Origin: Heptranchias perlo
Lineage: Eukaryota
Direction: 5' to 3'
DNA length: 64,000 nt
NCBI RefSeq assembly: GCF_035084215.1
Contig: NC_090349.1
Location: forward strand, 10,974,001 to 11,038,000
Positions within the stretch are counted from its first letter, which is position 1. The number at the start of each line of letters is the position of its first letter. Shown in pieces: positions 47,790 through 61,430 of this stretch. Position numbers and translations under genes: made by a program. Under the pieces are notes generated by a model. It had not been told where the DNA came from, did no database searches, and saw only the letters and a list, made by a program, of their open reading frames with translations.

Positions 47790-50700
47790 AACCGGAGCCA
47801 GCCGCCGTGCCCCCCCGCCTGGCACCCGGAGCCAGCCGCCGTGCCCCCCCGCCTGGCACCCGGAGCCAGCCGCCGTGCCCCCCCGCCTGGCACCCGGAGC
47901 CAGCCGCCGTGCCCCCCCGCCTGGCACCCGGAGCCAGCCGCCGTGCCCCCCCGCCTGGCACCCGGAGCCAGCCGCCGTGCCCCCCCGCCTGGCACCCGGA
48001 GCCAGCCGCCGTGCCCCCCCGCCTGGCACCCGGAGCCAGCCGCCGTGCCCCCCCGCCTGGCACCCGGAGCCAGCCGCCGTGCCCCCCCGCCTGGCACCCG
48101 GAGCCAGCCGCCGTGCCCCCCCGCCTGGCACCCGGAGCCAGCCGCCGTGCCCCCCGCCTGGCACCCGGAGCCAGCCGCCGTGCCCCCCCGCCTGGCACCC
48201 GGAGCCAGCCGCCGTGCCCCCCCGCCTGGCACCCGGAGCCAGCCGCCGTGCCCCCCCCGCCTGGCACCCGGAGCCAGCCGCCGTGCCCCCCCGCCTGGCA
48301 CCCGGAGCCAGCCGCCGTGCCCCCCCGCCTGGCACCCGGAGCCAGCCGCCGTGCCCCCCCGCCTGGCACCCGGAGCCAGCCGCCGTGCCCCCCCCGCCTG
48401 GCACCCGGAGCCAGCCGCCGTGCCCCCCCGCCTGGCACCCGGAGCCAGCCGCCGTGCCCCCCCGCCTGGCACCCGGAGCCAGCCGCCGTGCCCCCCCGCC
48501 TGGCACCCGGAGCCAGCCGCCGTGCCCCCCCGCCTGGCACCCGGAGCCAGCCGCCGTGCCCCCCCCGCCTGGCACCCGGAGCAAGCCGCCGTGCCCCCCC
48601 GCCTGGCACCCGGAGCAAGCCGCCGTGCCCCCCCGCCTGGCACCCGGAGCCCGCTGCCGTGCCCCCCGCCTGGCACCCGGGGCCGGCACCCGGAGCCCGC
48701 TGCCGTGCCCCCCCGCCTGGCACCCGGAGCCAGCCGCCGTGCCCCCCCGCCTGGCACCCGGAGCCAGCCGCCGTGCCCCCCCCCCGCCTGGCACCCGGAG
48801 CCAGCCGCCGTGCCCCCCCCCCGCCTGGCACCCGGAGCCAGCCGCCGTGCCCCCCCGCCTGGCACCCGGAGCCAGCCGCCGTGCCCCCCGCCTGGCACCC
48901 GGAGCCAGCCGCCGTGCCCCCCCGCCTGGCACCCGGAGCCAGCCGCCGTGCCCCCCCCGCCTGGCACCCGGAGCCAGCCGCCGTGCCCCCCCGCCTGGCA
49001 CCCGGAGCCAGCCGCCGTGCCCCCCCCGCCTGGCACCCGGAGCCAGCCGCCGTGCCCCCCCGCCTGGCACCCGGAGCCAGCCGCCGTGCCCCCCCGCCTG
49101 GCACCCGGAGCCAGCCGCCGTGCCCCCCCGCCTGGCACCCGGAGCCAGCCGCCGTGCCCCCCCCGCCTGGCACCCGGAGCCAGCCGCCGTGCCCCCCGCC
49201 TGGCACCCGGAGCCAGCCGCCGTGCCCCCCCGCCTGGCACCCGGAGCAAGCCGCCGTGCCCCCCCGCCTGGCACCCGGAGCAAGCCGCCGTGCCCCCCCG
49301 CCTGGCACCCGGAGCCCGCTGCCGTGCCCCCCGCCTGGCACCCGGGGCCGGCACCCGGAGCCCGCTGCCGTGCCCCCCGCCTGGCACCCGGAGACGGCCG
49401 CCGTGCCCCCCCCGCCTGGCACCCGGAGCCGGCAGCCGTGCCCCCCCCGCCTGGCACCCGGAGCCGGCAGCCGTGCCCCCCCGCCTGGCACCCGGAGCCG
49501 GCAGCCGTGCCCCCCCGCCTGGCACCCGGAGCCGGCAGCCGTGCCCCCCCGCCTGGCACCCGGAGCCGGCAGCCGTGCCCCCCCGCCTGGCACCCGGAGC
49601 CGGCAGCCGTGCCCCCCCGCCTGGCACCCGGAGCCGGCAGCCGTGCCCCCCCGCCTGGCACCCGGAGCCGGCAGCCGTGCCCCCCCGCCTGGCACCCGGA
49701 GCCGGCAGCCGTGCCCCCCGCCTGGCACCCGGAGCCCGCCGCGGTGCCCCCCGCCCGGCACCCGGAGCCGGCCGCGGTGCCCCCCCGCCCGGCACCCGGA
49801 GCCGGCCGCGGTGCCCCCCCCGCCCGGCACCCGGTGCCGGCCGCGGTGCCCCCCCCGCCCGGCACCCGGAGCCGGCCGCGGTGCCCCCCCCGCCCGGCAC
49901 CCGGAGCCGGCCGCGGTGCCCCCCCCGCCCGGCACCCGGAGCCGGCCGCGGTGCCCCCCCGCCCGGCACCCGGAGCCGGCCGCGGTGCCCCCCCGCCCGG
50001 CACCCGGAGCCGGCCGCGGTGCCCCCCCGCCCGGCACCCGGAGCCGGCCGCGGTGCCCCCCCGCCCCGGCACCCGGAGCCGGCCGCGGTGCCCCCCCGCC
50101 CGGCACCCGGAGCCGGCCGCGGTGCCCCCCCCGCCCGGCACCCGGAGCCGGCCGCGGTGCCCCCCCCGCCCGGCACCCGGAGCCGGCCGCGGTGCCCCCC
50201 CCGCCCGGCACCCGGAGCCGGCCGCGGTGCCCCCCCCGCCCGGCACCCGGAGCCGGCCGCGGTGCCCCCCCGCCCGTCACCCGGAGCCGGCCGCGGTGCC
50301 CCCCCCGCCCGGCACCCGGAGCCGGCCGCGGTGCCCCCCCCCGCCCGGCACCCGGAGCCGGCCGCGGTGCCCCCCCCCGCCCGGCACCCGGAGCCGGCCC
50401 GCGGTGCCCCCCCCCGCCCGGCACCCGGAGCCGGCCGCGGTGCCCCCCCCGCCCGGCACCCGGAGCCGGCCGCGGTGCCCCCCCCCGCCCGGCACCCGGA
50501 GCCGGCCGCGGTGCCCCCCCCCGCCCGGCACCCGGAGCCGGCCGCGGTGCCCCCCCCCCGCCCGGCACCCGGAGCCGGCCGCGGTGCCCCCCCCCGCCCG
50601 GCACCCGGAGCCGGCCGCGGTGCCCCCCCCCGCCCGGCACCCGGAGCCGGCCGCGGTGCCCCCCCCCGCCCGGCACCCGGAGCCGGCCGCGGTGCCCCCC

Positions 50701-53700
50701 CCCGCCCGGCACCCGGAGCCGGCCGCGGTGCCCCCCCCCGCCCGGCACCCGGAGCCGGCCGCGGTGCCCCCCCCCGCCCGGCACCCGGAGCCGGCCGCGG
50801 TGCCCCCCCCCCGCCCGGCACCCGGAGCCGGCCGCGGTGCCCCCCCCCGCCCGGCACCCGGAGCCGGCCGCGGTGCCCCCCCCCGCCCGGCACCCGGAGC
50901 CGGCCGCGGTGCCCCCCCCCGCCCGGCACCCGGAGCCGGCCGCGGTGCCCCCCCCGCCCGGCACCCGGAGCCGGCCGCGGTGCCCCCCCCGCCCGGCACC
51001 CGGAGCCGGCCGCGGTGCCCCCCCGCCCGGCACCCGGAGCCGGCCGCCCTGGCACCCGGAGCCAGCCGCCGTGCCCCCCGCCTGGCACCCGGAGCCAGCC
51101 GCCGTGCCCCCCCGCCTGGCACCCGGAGCCAGCCGCCGTGCCCCCCCGCCTGGCACCCGGAGCCAGCCGCCGTGCCCCCCCGCCTGGCACCCGGAGCCAG
51201 CCGCCGTGCCCCCCCGCCTGGCACCCGGAGCCAGCCGCCGTGCCCCCCGCCTGGCACCCGGAGCCAGCCGCCGTGCCCCCCGCCTGGCACCCGGAGCCAG
51301 CCGCCGTGCCCCCCGCCTGGCACCCGGAGCCAGCCGCCGTGCCCCCCCGCCTGGCACCCGGAGCCAGCCGCCGTGCCCCCCGCCTGGCACCCGGAGCCAG
51401 CCGCCGTGCCCCCCCCTGGCACCCGGAGCCAGCCGCCGTGCCCCCCCCTGGCACCCGGAGCCAGCCGCCGTGCCCCCCCGCCTGGCACCCGGAGCCCGCC
51501 GCCGTGCCCCCCGCCTGGCACCCGGGGCCGGCACCCGGAGCCCGCTGCCGTGCCCCCCGCCTGGCACCAGGAGACAGCCGCCGTGCCCCCCCGCCTGGCC
51601 CCCCGAGCCGGCAGCCGTGCCCCCCCGCCTGGCACCCGGAGCCGGCAGCCGTGCCCCCCCCGCCTGGCACCCGGAGCCGGCAGCCGTGCCCCCCCGCCTG
51701 GCACCCGGAGCCGGCAGCCGTGCCCCCCCCGCCTGGCACCCGGAGCCGGCAGCCGTGCCCCCCCCGCCTGGCACCCGGAGCCGGCAGCCGTGCCCCCCCC
51801 GCCTGGCACCCGGAGCCGGCAGCCGTGCCCCCCCGCCTGGCACCCGGAGCCGGCAGCCGTGCCCCCCCGCCTGGCACCCGGAGCCGGCAGCCGTGCCCCC
51901 CCGCCTGGCACCCGGAGCCGGCAGCCGTGCCCCCCCCGCCTGGCACCCGGAGCCGGCAGCCGTGCCCCCCCGCCTGGCACCCGGAGCCGGCAGCCGTGCC
52001 CCCCCCGCCTGGCACCCGGAGCCGGCAGCCGTGCCCCCCCCGCCTGGCACCCGGAGCCGGCAGCCGTGCCCCCCCCGCCTGGCACCCGGTGCCGGCAGCC
52101 GTGCCCCCCGCCTGGCACCCGGAGCCCGCCGCGGTGCCCCCCCCGCCCGGCACCCGGAGCCGGCCGCGGTGCCCCCCCCGCCCGGCACCCGGAGCCGGCC
52201 GCGGTGCCCCCCCCGCCCGGCACCCGGAGCCGGCCGCGGTGCCCCCCCCGACCGGCACCCGGAGCCGGCCGCGGTGCCCCCCCCGCCCGGCACCCGGAGC
52301 CGGCCGCGGTGCCCCCCCCGCCCGGCACCCGGAGCCGGCCGCGGTGCCCCCCCCGCCCGGCACCCGGAGCCGGCCGCGGTGCCCCCCCCGCCCGGCACCC
52401 GGAGCCGGCCGCGGTGCCCCCCCGCCCGGCACCCGGAGCCGGCCGCGGTGCCCCCCCGCCCGGCACCCGGAGCCGGCCGCGGTGCCCCCCCGCCCGGCAC
52501 CCGGAGCCGGCCGCGGTGCCCCCCCGCCCGGCACCCGGAGCCGGCCGCGGTGCCCCCCCCGCCCGGCACCCGGAGCCGGCCGCGGTGCCCCCCCCGCCCG
52601 GCACCCGGAGCCGGCCGCGGTGCCCCCCCGCCCGGCACCCGGAGCCGGCCGCGGTGCCCCCCCGCCCGGCACCCGGAGCCGGCCGCGGTGCCCCCCCGCC
52701 CGGCACCCGGAGCCGGCCGCGGTGCCCCCCCGCCCGGCACCCGGAGCCGGCCGCGGTGCCCCCCCCGCCCGGCACCCGGAGCCGGCCGCGGTGCCCCCCC
52801 CGCCCGGCACCCGGAGCCGGCCGCGGTGCCCCCCCGCCCGGCACCCGGAGCCGGCCGCGGTGCCCCCCCGCCCGGCACCCGGAGCCGGCCGCGGTGCCCC
52901 CCCCGCCCGGCACCCGGAGCCGGCCGCGGTGCCCCCCCCGCCCGGCACCCGGAGCCGGCCGCGGTGCCCCCCCCGCCCGGCACCCGGAGCCGGCCGCGGT
53001 GCCCCCCCCGCCCGGCACCCGGAGCCGGCCGCGGTGCCCCCCCCGCCCGGCACCCGGAGCCGGCCGCGGTGCCCCCCCCGCCCGTCACCCGGAGCCGGCC
53101 GCGGTGCCCCCCCGCCCGGCACCCGGAGCCGGCCGCGGTGCCCCCCCGCCCGGCACCCGGAGCCGGCCGCGGTGCCCCCCCCGCCCGGCACCCGGAGCCG
53201 GCCGCGGTGCCCCCCCCGCCCGGCACCCGGAGCCGGCCGCGGTGCCCCCCCCGCCCGGCACCCGGAGCCGGCCGCGGTGCCCCCCCCGCCCGGCACCCGG
53301 AGCCGGCCGCGGTGCCCCCCCCGCCCGGCACCCGGAGCCGGCCGCGGTGCCCCCCCCGCCCGGCACCCGGAGCCGGCCGCGGTGCCCCCCCGCCCGGCAC
53401 CCGGAGCCGGCCGCGGTGCCCCCCCCGCCCGGCACCCGGAGCCGGCCGCGGTGCCCCCCCCGCCCGGCACCCGGAGCCGGCCGCGGTGCCCCCCCGCCCG
53501 GCACCCGGAGCCGGCCGCGGTGCCCCCCCGCCCGGCACCCGGAGCCGGCCGCGGTGCCCCCCCGCCCGGCACCCGGAGCCGGCCGCGGTGCCCCCCCCGC
53601 CCGGCACCCGGAGCCGGCCGCGGTGCCCCCCCCGCCCGGCACCCGGAGCCGGCCGCGGTGCCCCCCCCGCCCGGCACCCGGAGCCGGCCGCGGTGCCCCC

Positions 53701-54345
53701 CCGCCCGGCACCCGGAGCCGGCCGCGGTGCCCCACCCCCCCCCGGCCCGGCACCCGGAGCCGGCCGCGGTGCCCCCCCCCCTGCCCGGCACCCGGAGCCG
53801 GCCGCGGTGCCCCCCCCCCTGCCCGGCACCCGGAGCCGGCCGCGGTGCCCCCCCCCCTGCCCGGCACCCGGAGCCGGCCGCGGTGCCCCCCCGCCCGGCA
53901 CCCGGAGCCGGCCGCGGTGCCCCCCCCCCTGCCCGGCACCCGGAGCCGGCCGCGGTGCCCCCCCCCCCGCCCGGCACCCGGAGCCGGCCGCGGTGCCCCG
54001 CCCGGCACCCGGAGCCGGCCGCGGTGCCCCCCCCCCCCGCCCGGCACCCGGAGCCGGCCGCGGTGCCCCCCCCCCCCCCCCGCCCGGCACCCGGAGCCGG
54101 CCGCGGTGCCCCCCCCCCCCCCCCGCCCGGCACCCGGAGCCGGCCGCGGTGCCCCGCCCGGCACCCGGAGCCGGCCGCGGTGCCCCCCCCCCCCGCCCGG
54201 CACCCGGAGCCGGCCGCGGTGCCCCCCCCCCCCGCCCGGCACCCGGAGCCGGCCGCGGTGCCCCCCCCCCCCGCCCGGCACCCGGAGCCGGCCGCGGTGC
54301 CCCCCCCCCCGCCCGGCACCCGGAGCCGGCCGCGGTGCTCCCCCC
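47790..54345. repeat. ~34-bp GC-rich minisatellite, ~190 copies (GGCACCCGGAGCCAGCCGCCGTGCCCCCCCGCCT and variants)
   Basis: Directly visible tandem array with a variable poly-C tract and three variant classes arranged in blocks. Confidence 0.99.
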
Positions 54346-54479
54346 CTACTGAGACCCTGCTGTTATTATCAGCTGAAGATTGTAACTTTACTATTAGCAG
54401 TGAGGATTTGGTGTGAAACCTGGGATGGATTAGAAATTAGTTCAAGGGTTGAAGAAGCAGGTACTTGGTAGAGTCTTCT

Positions 54480-55460
54480 TGAGATGGGAACAAATACTGA
54501 GTGGGGTGTCCTCAGGGCTCAGTGTTGGGACCAAGTTTGTTTCTAATTTACAGTAATGATTTGGAAAGAAGTTAAATGCAAATTACTATAGTTGAATTTG
54601 CAGAAAATACCAAACTAGGAGTGTTGGTTGAATTTTGTAGCTTAGGAACTTTAGAAATAATGGGACAATACATGAAAAAGGGTAGATCAGTAGCAGAAAA
54701 TTTAATTTGATGCATGTGTGAACAACTGCACATAGGCAAGAAAAAGATGACATGCATTCAGTGAATATTGTTGAAATAGTTAAGTTGAAAGAAATCTTGG
54801 AGTTTTAGTATACTCTGTGATCAATATGTCCATTCAATGCAGAGCAGCAACGAAGAAACCAAACAGAGTGCTGAACTATATAGACAAAACAGAAGAGTAC
54901 AAGATGGAGGGACCTGCACTCAAATAGTATATTGCTCTGCACAGACCCTGCCTTGAGTACTGTGCCCTGTACTAGGCAGGGAGCTGCAAGGAAGATATTT
55001 TGGAGAAGAGCCATAGAACTGATCCCTTGCATCAGATGAAGAGTTATAAGGAAATTTGAGCTTTTTGGCTTTGTTTGTGAAGATAGTAAATGATACAGTA
55101 AAAATAGATCAGGAGCATTACTTCAAACTAAACTGCTACAGTAGGATAAAGAGACACAAGTTTGAACTGGTAAAAGGCACATTTAGAACTGCTATCATGA
55201 ACTTCTTCACATGTAGTGACTGATAAGTGGATTGGACTACTGGGTAGAATTGTGGGAGTACCTAACAGCACTGTGGGAGCACTTTCACCACATGAACTGC
55301 AGCGGTTCAGGCAGAAGGCCCACCACCACCTTCGTAAGGGCAACTAGGGACGGGCAATAAAAGCTGGCCTTGCCAGCAATGCCCAAATCCTGAGAATGAA
55401 TTAAAAAAAATAGTGGAAGGGATGACCTTGAACTCAGTTAAGAATCAGTTAAATGCTGTG
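54480..55460 (+). mobile_element. Old CR1 relic with a HER1/HE1-type 3' tail inserted at 55255-55410
   Basis: Decayed GVPQGSVLGP/FADD-like region (gtggggtgtcctcagggctcagtgttgggacca) and an LEYC-like segment. The insert matches 9690-9850. Confidence 0.65.
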
Positions 55461-57614
55461 CAAATATCCCCGCTGGACACTGGTACTCTGTTGTATATGA
55501 GTCTTGCTCAGTTAGCCACTGTTGCAGGCTAGAGTGGTTCAGACACCTAATGTCATTGGGCAGGCTAGTACAAATACCTGCTGTCAGTGTGTGTACAGGC
55601 CAGCCTAGCATAGATGTTGTGTTTACAGGCTATCCAGTGTTGGTCTTTACATTAGCCAGCTTGAAAAACGTAGCTGGTGGCTGTGCTTATTATAAACCAG
55701 ACTGGAACTAGCTACTTTGTGGTACTGCCTAAAGGTCATACTGGCATTGGATTACTGCTGTTAGTATTTGTAAAGTATGTGTGACCTGGACCAGATGTGA
55801 TACACGCTGGAATATTTGGGGAAATAAATAAGGCTGTGATTAATGTTTTGAGAAGCTCCATAAAGCCCTGAATTGTATCTGAGGATTCAAGGATATCAAA
55901 TGTAATATTGAAATAGTCCAATTTTGGTAGTGGGGGAATTGCTTGAGAACATTTTACAGTATGCTTTCTGTATTTATTTCAAGAATGCAAAGGCTATAGC
56001 AAAGTAGTGTGCATGGATATAGAAGCAATGCTTTACAAGATCACAAGATAGATTTGGATGAATAAGGCCTTTCAACCCATTTGATTTCATCGATCCAGAA
56101 TATCAAACGTTGTATCTTGCCATCGTGCCATCTAACTATTTCTTAGACGAGTGCAGTGATCTAGACTCAACTATTCTTCCTGGGAACCTGTTCCAGCTGT
56201 TGATTTCCCCCCACCCTGTGTAAAGACATAGTGAAATCACTTAGTGATGCATTTGTACTAAATGTGATGATCATTGTATCAGGCAACACGCTGGCAACAT
56301 CAGCCTCTCTGCACAACTGATTTATCAACTGATATGCCAGTTCACAGGTTCCCATCCATCTGACCCACCACTGACTCAAGATGGGACATTTCACAAGGCT
56401 ATTTGATCTGCATAAACTATTTGACATTAAGTTTCATCTGGGTTAAGATTACTATAGCTCCCTCTCCCAGCGACAGAGAAGATCATTAAAAGCAGTATGT
56501 GCTCGCTTTCGGTGCTCCAATCAGCAGCTCCAGCAGGATCCTTGGTAATCTAAACCAAGACCAATCTCAGTCAATAGTTTACGTAGACCGGGTATCCAGA
56601 TCTGTTGGCTCTGAGCCAGCATGTCAGCTGATGCTGTGCGGCAGAGCAGCAGGAATTATAAATGAACAAAATCTCTGTTTAAAGCTGGACAACCAGCTGC
56701 ACCAAATGAGTTGCTGTCTAGGTGATAACACCACCAAAAACATGAGAAAATCTCTGGAGTCTGATTAATAAAAGTGTCCTTCCTGGTGTCTGCCCTAAAC
56801 TTGTCCTTCACAACCCTGAACGTGTGCCCTCATCCTCAAGTCATACCTTATGATTCTACTGGAACTTCTTGAGGCGGTATTAAGTAAATGATAGCTCTCC
56901 AGTCGATATATTTTCGTTGGAATTTGAGAAGGTATTTAGAAACGTTTTGGCACCTCCCTGGGTTTCAAAAAAGATTGGAGTTCATGGGATTGATAGCGAA
57001 GCGACCAACTGGACTGAAAATCGACCTGGCAAAAGAAAGCAGAAGTTGTATGCGTTTAAAGACCAGTAGAATGCTGCAGGGATCTGTCGCGAGTCTCCTG
57101 TTGTTTATCCTATAGAGGAACTCTTTCTCTCACTACTTCATTGGATGGGCTCAGTGGGTAAATGAATTGCATAGAGACAAAGAAGTTACACTTGTATAGT
57201 GCCTTAACACATCTTCAGAACATGTCAATACTCTACAGCCAATGGATTACTTTTGAATTGCATCACTGCTTTGTAAGCATAGTATGGCCGGCAGCCCTTC
57301 AGACCGAATTACGAATCCCTGCCAGAGTTAGCTGATTTCAGCCAAATGCCACTCATTGCTGTAATTGGTCACAGTATTCCTGGAATAGAGAAAGGTGGGA
57401 GGGGGGGGGGGAGGAAATCAGCTGGGGGGGGGGTTCCTGCTCCTGATTACTTATCCAGTATCACCATCTGCAATGCGTTTGTGAGGTGGTCTGGTGAGGT
57501 CAGCATAGAGCGCTATCTGCTCACTACTGTGTCCAGTCAGATAGATGAAGAATAGCCACTTGGGTGAGTTACAGGAAGGTTGCTGGTTCATACATGGGTC
57601 TGTATTTCATGTAT

Positions 57615-57825
57615 GTACCTAAACTCTGGAATTCACTCCCTAAACCTCTCCATCTTTCTGCCTCTCCTCCTTTTGACACTCCTTAAAACCTACCTCTTTG
57701 ACCAAGCTTTTGGTCACCTGTCCTAATATCTCCTTATATGGCTTGATGTCAAATTTTGTTTGATCGCTTCTGTGAAGCACCTTGTTTTATGTCGTTAAAG
57801 GTGCTATATAAATGCAAGTTGTTTT
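57615..57825 (+). mobile_element. L2 LINE 3' end
   Basis: ctctggaattcactccctaaacc...cttaaaacctacctctttgaccaagctttt...aaaggtgctatataaatgcaagtt. Confidence 0.7.
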
Positions 57826-58879
57826 TGAGTCAGTCACCTTGAGAGAAGGGAGAAGAGTGAAGGAGACAGTTGTAAGAGGGTAAAAATGTCGAGCAGGACG
57901 CTTCTGGTAGCATCAAACTGACACCCACCAGGTTTAATTTAACCGATGGATAGCATTCAAAGGGATCTGAATGTATGATCATTGGAGAAAATATTGAGGA
58001 TGCATGATCTGTGTCTTTAACATGTTGGACACATAAATAATGTGCAATTAAGCAGGTTACCTCATTTAGAATGTAAGTTTAAAACCAAAGGACATGAGAA
58101 TAAAATTCTTGAGCTAGCCTGAGAACTGAGATTGGAAGATTTGTTTTTATCCCTACAGAGGGGTAGGTATATGGAGCAGACTCATGAAAAGCAATGCTAC
58201 GTCATTTAAATCATAATTTTTAAAAAAGCTGACTGAAATAGAGAATAAATTATGCAGGAAAATTTTCATATAGGATAGGTTGTAGCAAACAAACCCCAGT
58301 ACTATATTCTGGAAAGGAATTTTTCAAATTTAATTGTGTGAAGAGGTTAAAATTTGAGTGTACTGGTGTGCTACATTCTTTAGAGGTTTGATTCCAATAC
58401 AGTTAAAGGCAGTGTGAGTACTAATAACTCTGGTGCTGTGGGATATGGGTTTAGAATATTTATGCTGTAAACATTCTCCTCAAACTCATTTTTGAAAAGG
58501 TAAGTTATTGCAGCGATGTGGATCCCATGAAAAATGTTTAATGGACAAAATGCTATCATGTACAGCCCTGCACCTTATGAAGGGAATTGACAGCTAATTG
58601 GAGGTATATTGGGAAGTAGCTCAGTGAAGATATTCTGAACCCTATTTCTCAGAATAGATGCCAATCTAGAAACAGAAATTCATGCCCTCACTCCCCATCA
58701 GATCCCCCCCCCCCCGACATGTCCTTTAATGCTGGTTTATGACTGGCTAAGTTGACATTGATATTCCACAGTACTGACCAGCCTGGCATCAGAGACATCA
58801 TGGGTGACCAGTCTGATATTAATTGTTATGATCGGTGTGACATTATTGAGGAGATACTCCACAACAAACATCTTTATGA

Positions 58880-59335
58880 TGATACCCAGACTTAAGGGGT
58901 TAAATAGTGAGGACAGGTTGCTTAAACTTGGTTTGTATTCCCTTGAGCTCAGGTTGAGGGGTGATCTAATCGAGGTGTTTTAGATGATAAAGGGATTCAG
59001 TAGGATAGATACAGAGAAACAATTTCCTGTGTTGCTGAAATCCAGAGCAAGGTGGGTATAATCAAATTATAGCTAAGACAATTTAGGAGTGAAATCAAGA
59101 AGCACTTTTTCACAAAAAGGATAGTGGAATTCTGGAAACCCCTTCCATCAAAAGGCTATGGATGCTGGGACAAATGAAATTTTCAAGACTGAGATTGACA
59201 GAGTTTTGTTGAGTAAGGGTATCAAGGGATATGGATCAAAGGCGGGTAAATGGAATTGAGGTACAGATCAGCCGTAGTCTGATTGAATGGCGGAATCGGC
59301 TCGAAGGGCTGAATAGTCTACTCTTATTTCTATGT
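58880..59335 (+). mobile_element. CR1 3' fragment
   Basis: Colinear with the 3' half of the CR1 at 50-899. Confidence 0.82.
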
Positions 59336-60439
59336 TAACCAGCCTGACCAGCGCCTCAAGGTTTGTTTGGGTGAGTACCTTTGGTGAGTAACCGTCAGTG
59401 TCTGACACTGTTACTGTTACCTGGGATATTACACAGCTTTCTAGATGATTTAAGTAGAATGAAAATAAAAAAACAATTAATGGCTTGGGCTATCTGACAC
59501 ACTGGCTTCAAATATTGCACTTGTTACTATAATGCAGCCATTATAGACTGTCATCCTCTCCAACTTTGACTTTCTGCATACTTATTGCTTCATTTGCTTC
59601 CCGGGTTCCATTTCTGCTGTGGCTATCTGGGAATGTTGAATAGCATGGGATTCACTACTGGTCCTTCTTGGTTTCTTTCTCTCTAGTAGGAGAAAACAAG
59701 GGAAAACAAATGGGATTCAAGGCTATTGCAGGATTGATAGAGCAAGTGAAAGGGGCCTAATAAAATAGAACTATTGGATATATAATTTTTTTCCCTCCCT
59801 GTAGTGTAATTCCTGACCTTCACTTGGCAACTGCCCATGATGGCATGAGTGAATTCAGAGACTCATTATTCCTTTATCTGTGCCCAATCATTAAATGCTC
59901 GAGCTTTACCAATAATGATCCTCAAGCAAGACGTTGCTTGGGATTGAGGTCGTTGAGTGCTGTGGGCATCTTGTGAACCCGTGGTTCATCCACTATAGCG
60001 AAAGACTCTTGTAACAGAGTGGCCAGCGTGAAGATATATTGGAAGGGTTGCTGCTTTTCAGTTTTATTTTTGGGTCATATGTACTCAATGTGGCACTTGT
60101 GGGATATTGAGAAACTTGTGCAGAATTATTATAAAGAAGGAAAAGAGAAACTGCTATATGCAATCAACAGACTGGTTGTTCTTTGGAGGAGCCCAAACAT
60201 TCCATTTGAATTACTACAAAAATTAACTTTTTAAAAGGCAATGAATCATCCTCAGCAGTGTGAAATTTTGTATCCTGTCTTTTTTTTAAAGAGTAAGTTT
60301 AAGACTTAATGTCAGACAAGATTATTGTTTGCAAATAGTCTGTCTTGTGATGTTGACCTCCAAAAAACGCAGCTCATTGTTTCCAGGAGGATCTTCCACA
60401 GGAATGCAGCTAGGAATCTGATTGGTATCCACAATACAG

Positions 60440-61430
60440 CTGGCTAGGCCTCAGTTAGAGTGTTGTGTCCAGTTCTGGGCACCACACTTTTAGAAGGATG
60501 TCAAGGCCTTAGAGAAGGTGTAGATGACATTTACTATAATGGTATCAGGGATGAGGGACTTTAGTTATGTGGAGAGGCTAGAAAAACTGGAATTATTTTC
60601 AGAGCAGAAAAGGTTAAGGGGAGATTTAATCGAGGTATTCAAAATTATGAAGGGTTTTGATGGAGTAAATAAGGAGAAACTGTTTCCACTGGCAGGAGGG
60701 TCGGTAACCAGAGGACATGGATTTATGGTAATTGACAAAAGAACCAGAGAGGAGACGAGGAAAGATTTTTTTACGCACCGAGTTGTTATGATCTGGAATG
60801 TACTGCCTGAAAGGGGGGTGGAAACGGATTCAGTAGTAACTTTCAAAAGGGAATTGGATAAATACTTGAAAAGGAAATATTTGCAGGGACATGGGGAAAG
60901 AGCAGGGGGAGTGGGACTAATTGGATAGCTCTTTCAAAGAACCGGTTCAGGCACGATGAGCTGAATGTCCTCCTCCTACGCTGTTATGATTCTACAGTAT
61001 GAGGAAATGCAAATATGAAGAACAAGCGGGAAAAAATCTGGGTTTTTTTTTGTTCTAACAATACAGATTGTGGGTCGATATGAGAGAAGTGCTTAAAATT
61101 ATGAAAAGTTGAGACAGGGTAGATAGAAGCTGACTGTTTCCAGTAGTTGAGGGGTCCAGAATGAGAGATTATAGACACAAGATTAAACGTAAGGGGTTTA
61201 GATCAGAGCGCCAGAGAAACTTCTTCACATGGAGTTGTGAGCCTATGGAATTCAGTTCCAGGGTTAGTGGTTGATGCAGAAACTATGTCAACATTCATTG
61301 GATAGATGGATGAAGGAAGAGGTTGAAGGGATATGGGATCAGGGTGAATAAATGTGATTAGAACTATTTGCTCACGTGGAGAGTAAATGCGACATGGACC
61401 AATTGGACCATTGTAACTTCTGTGTATCAC
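60440..61430 (+). mobile_element. Two CR1 3' fragments (60440-60995 and an older one at 61060-61430)
   Basis: ORF 60524..60928 (RLRGDLIEVFKIMKG...FFTHRVVMIWNVLP) and CR1 tails. Confidence 0.82.

Noticed and set aside
47790-54345. CRISPR-like appearance of the ~34-bp repeats
   Set aside because: Units are head-to-tail with no unique spacers, there are no cas genes, and the context is eukaryotic.
47649-54471. ORFs of up to ~2200 aa on both strands across the array
   Set aside because: The repeat unit contains almost no stop codons in any frame and poly-C length changes shuffle the frames. The region is intron 1 of OSBP2.
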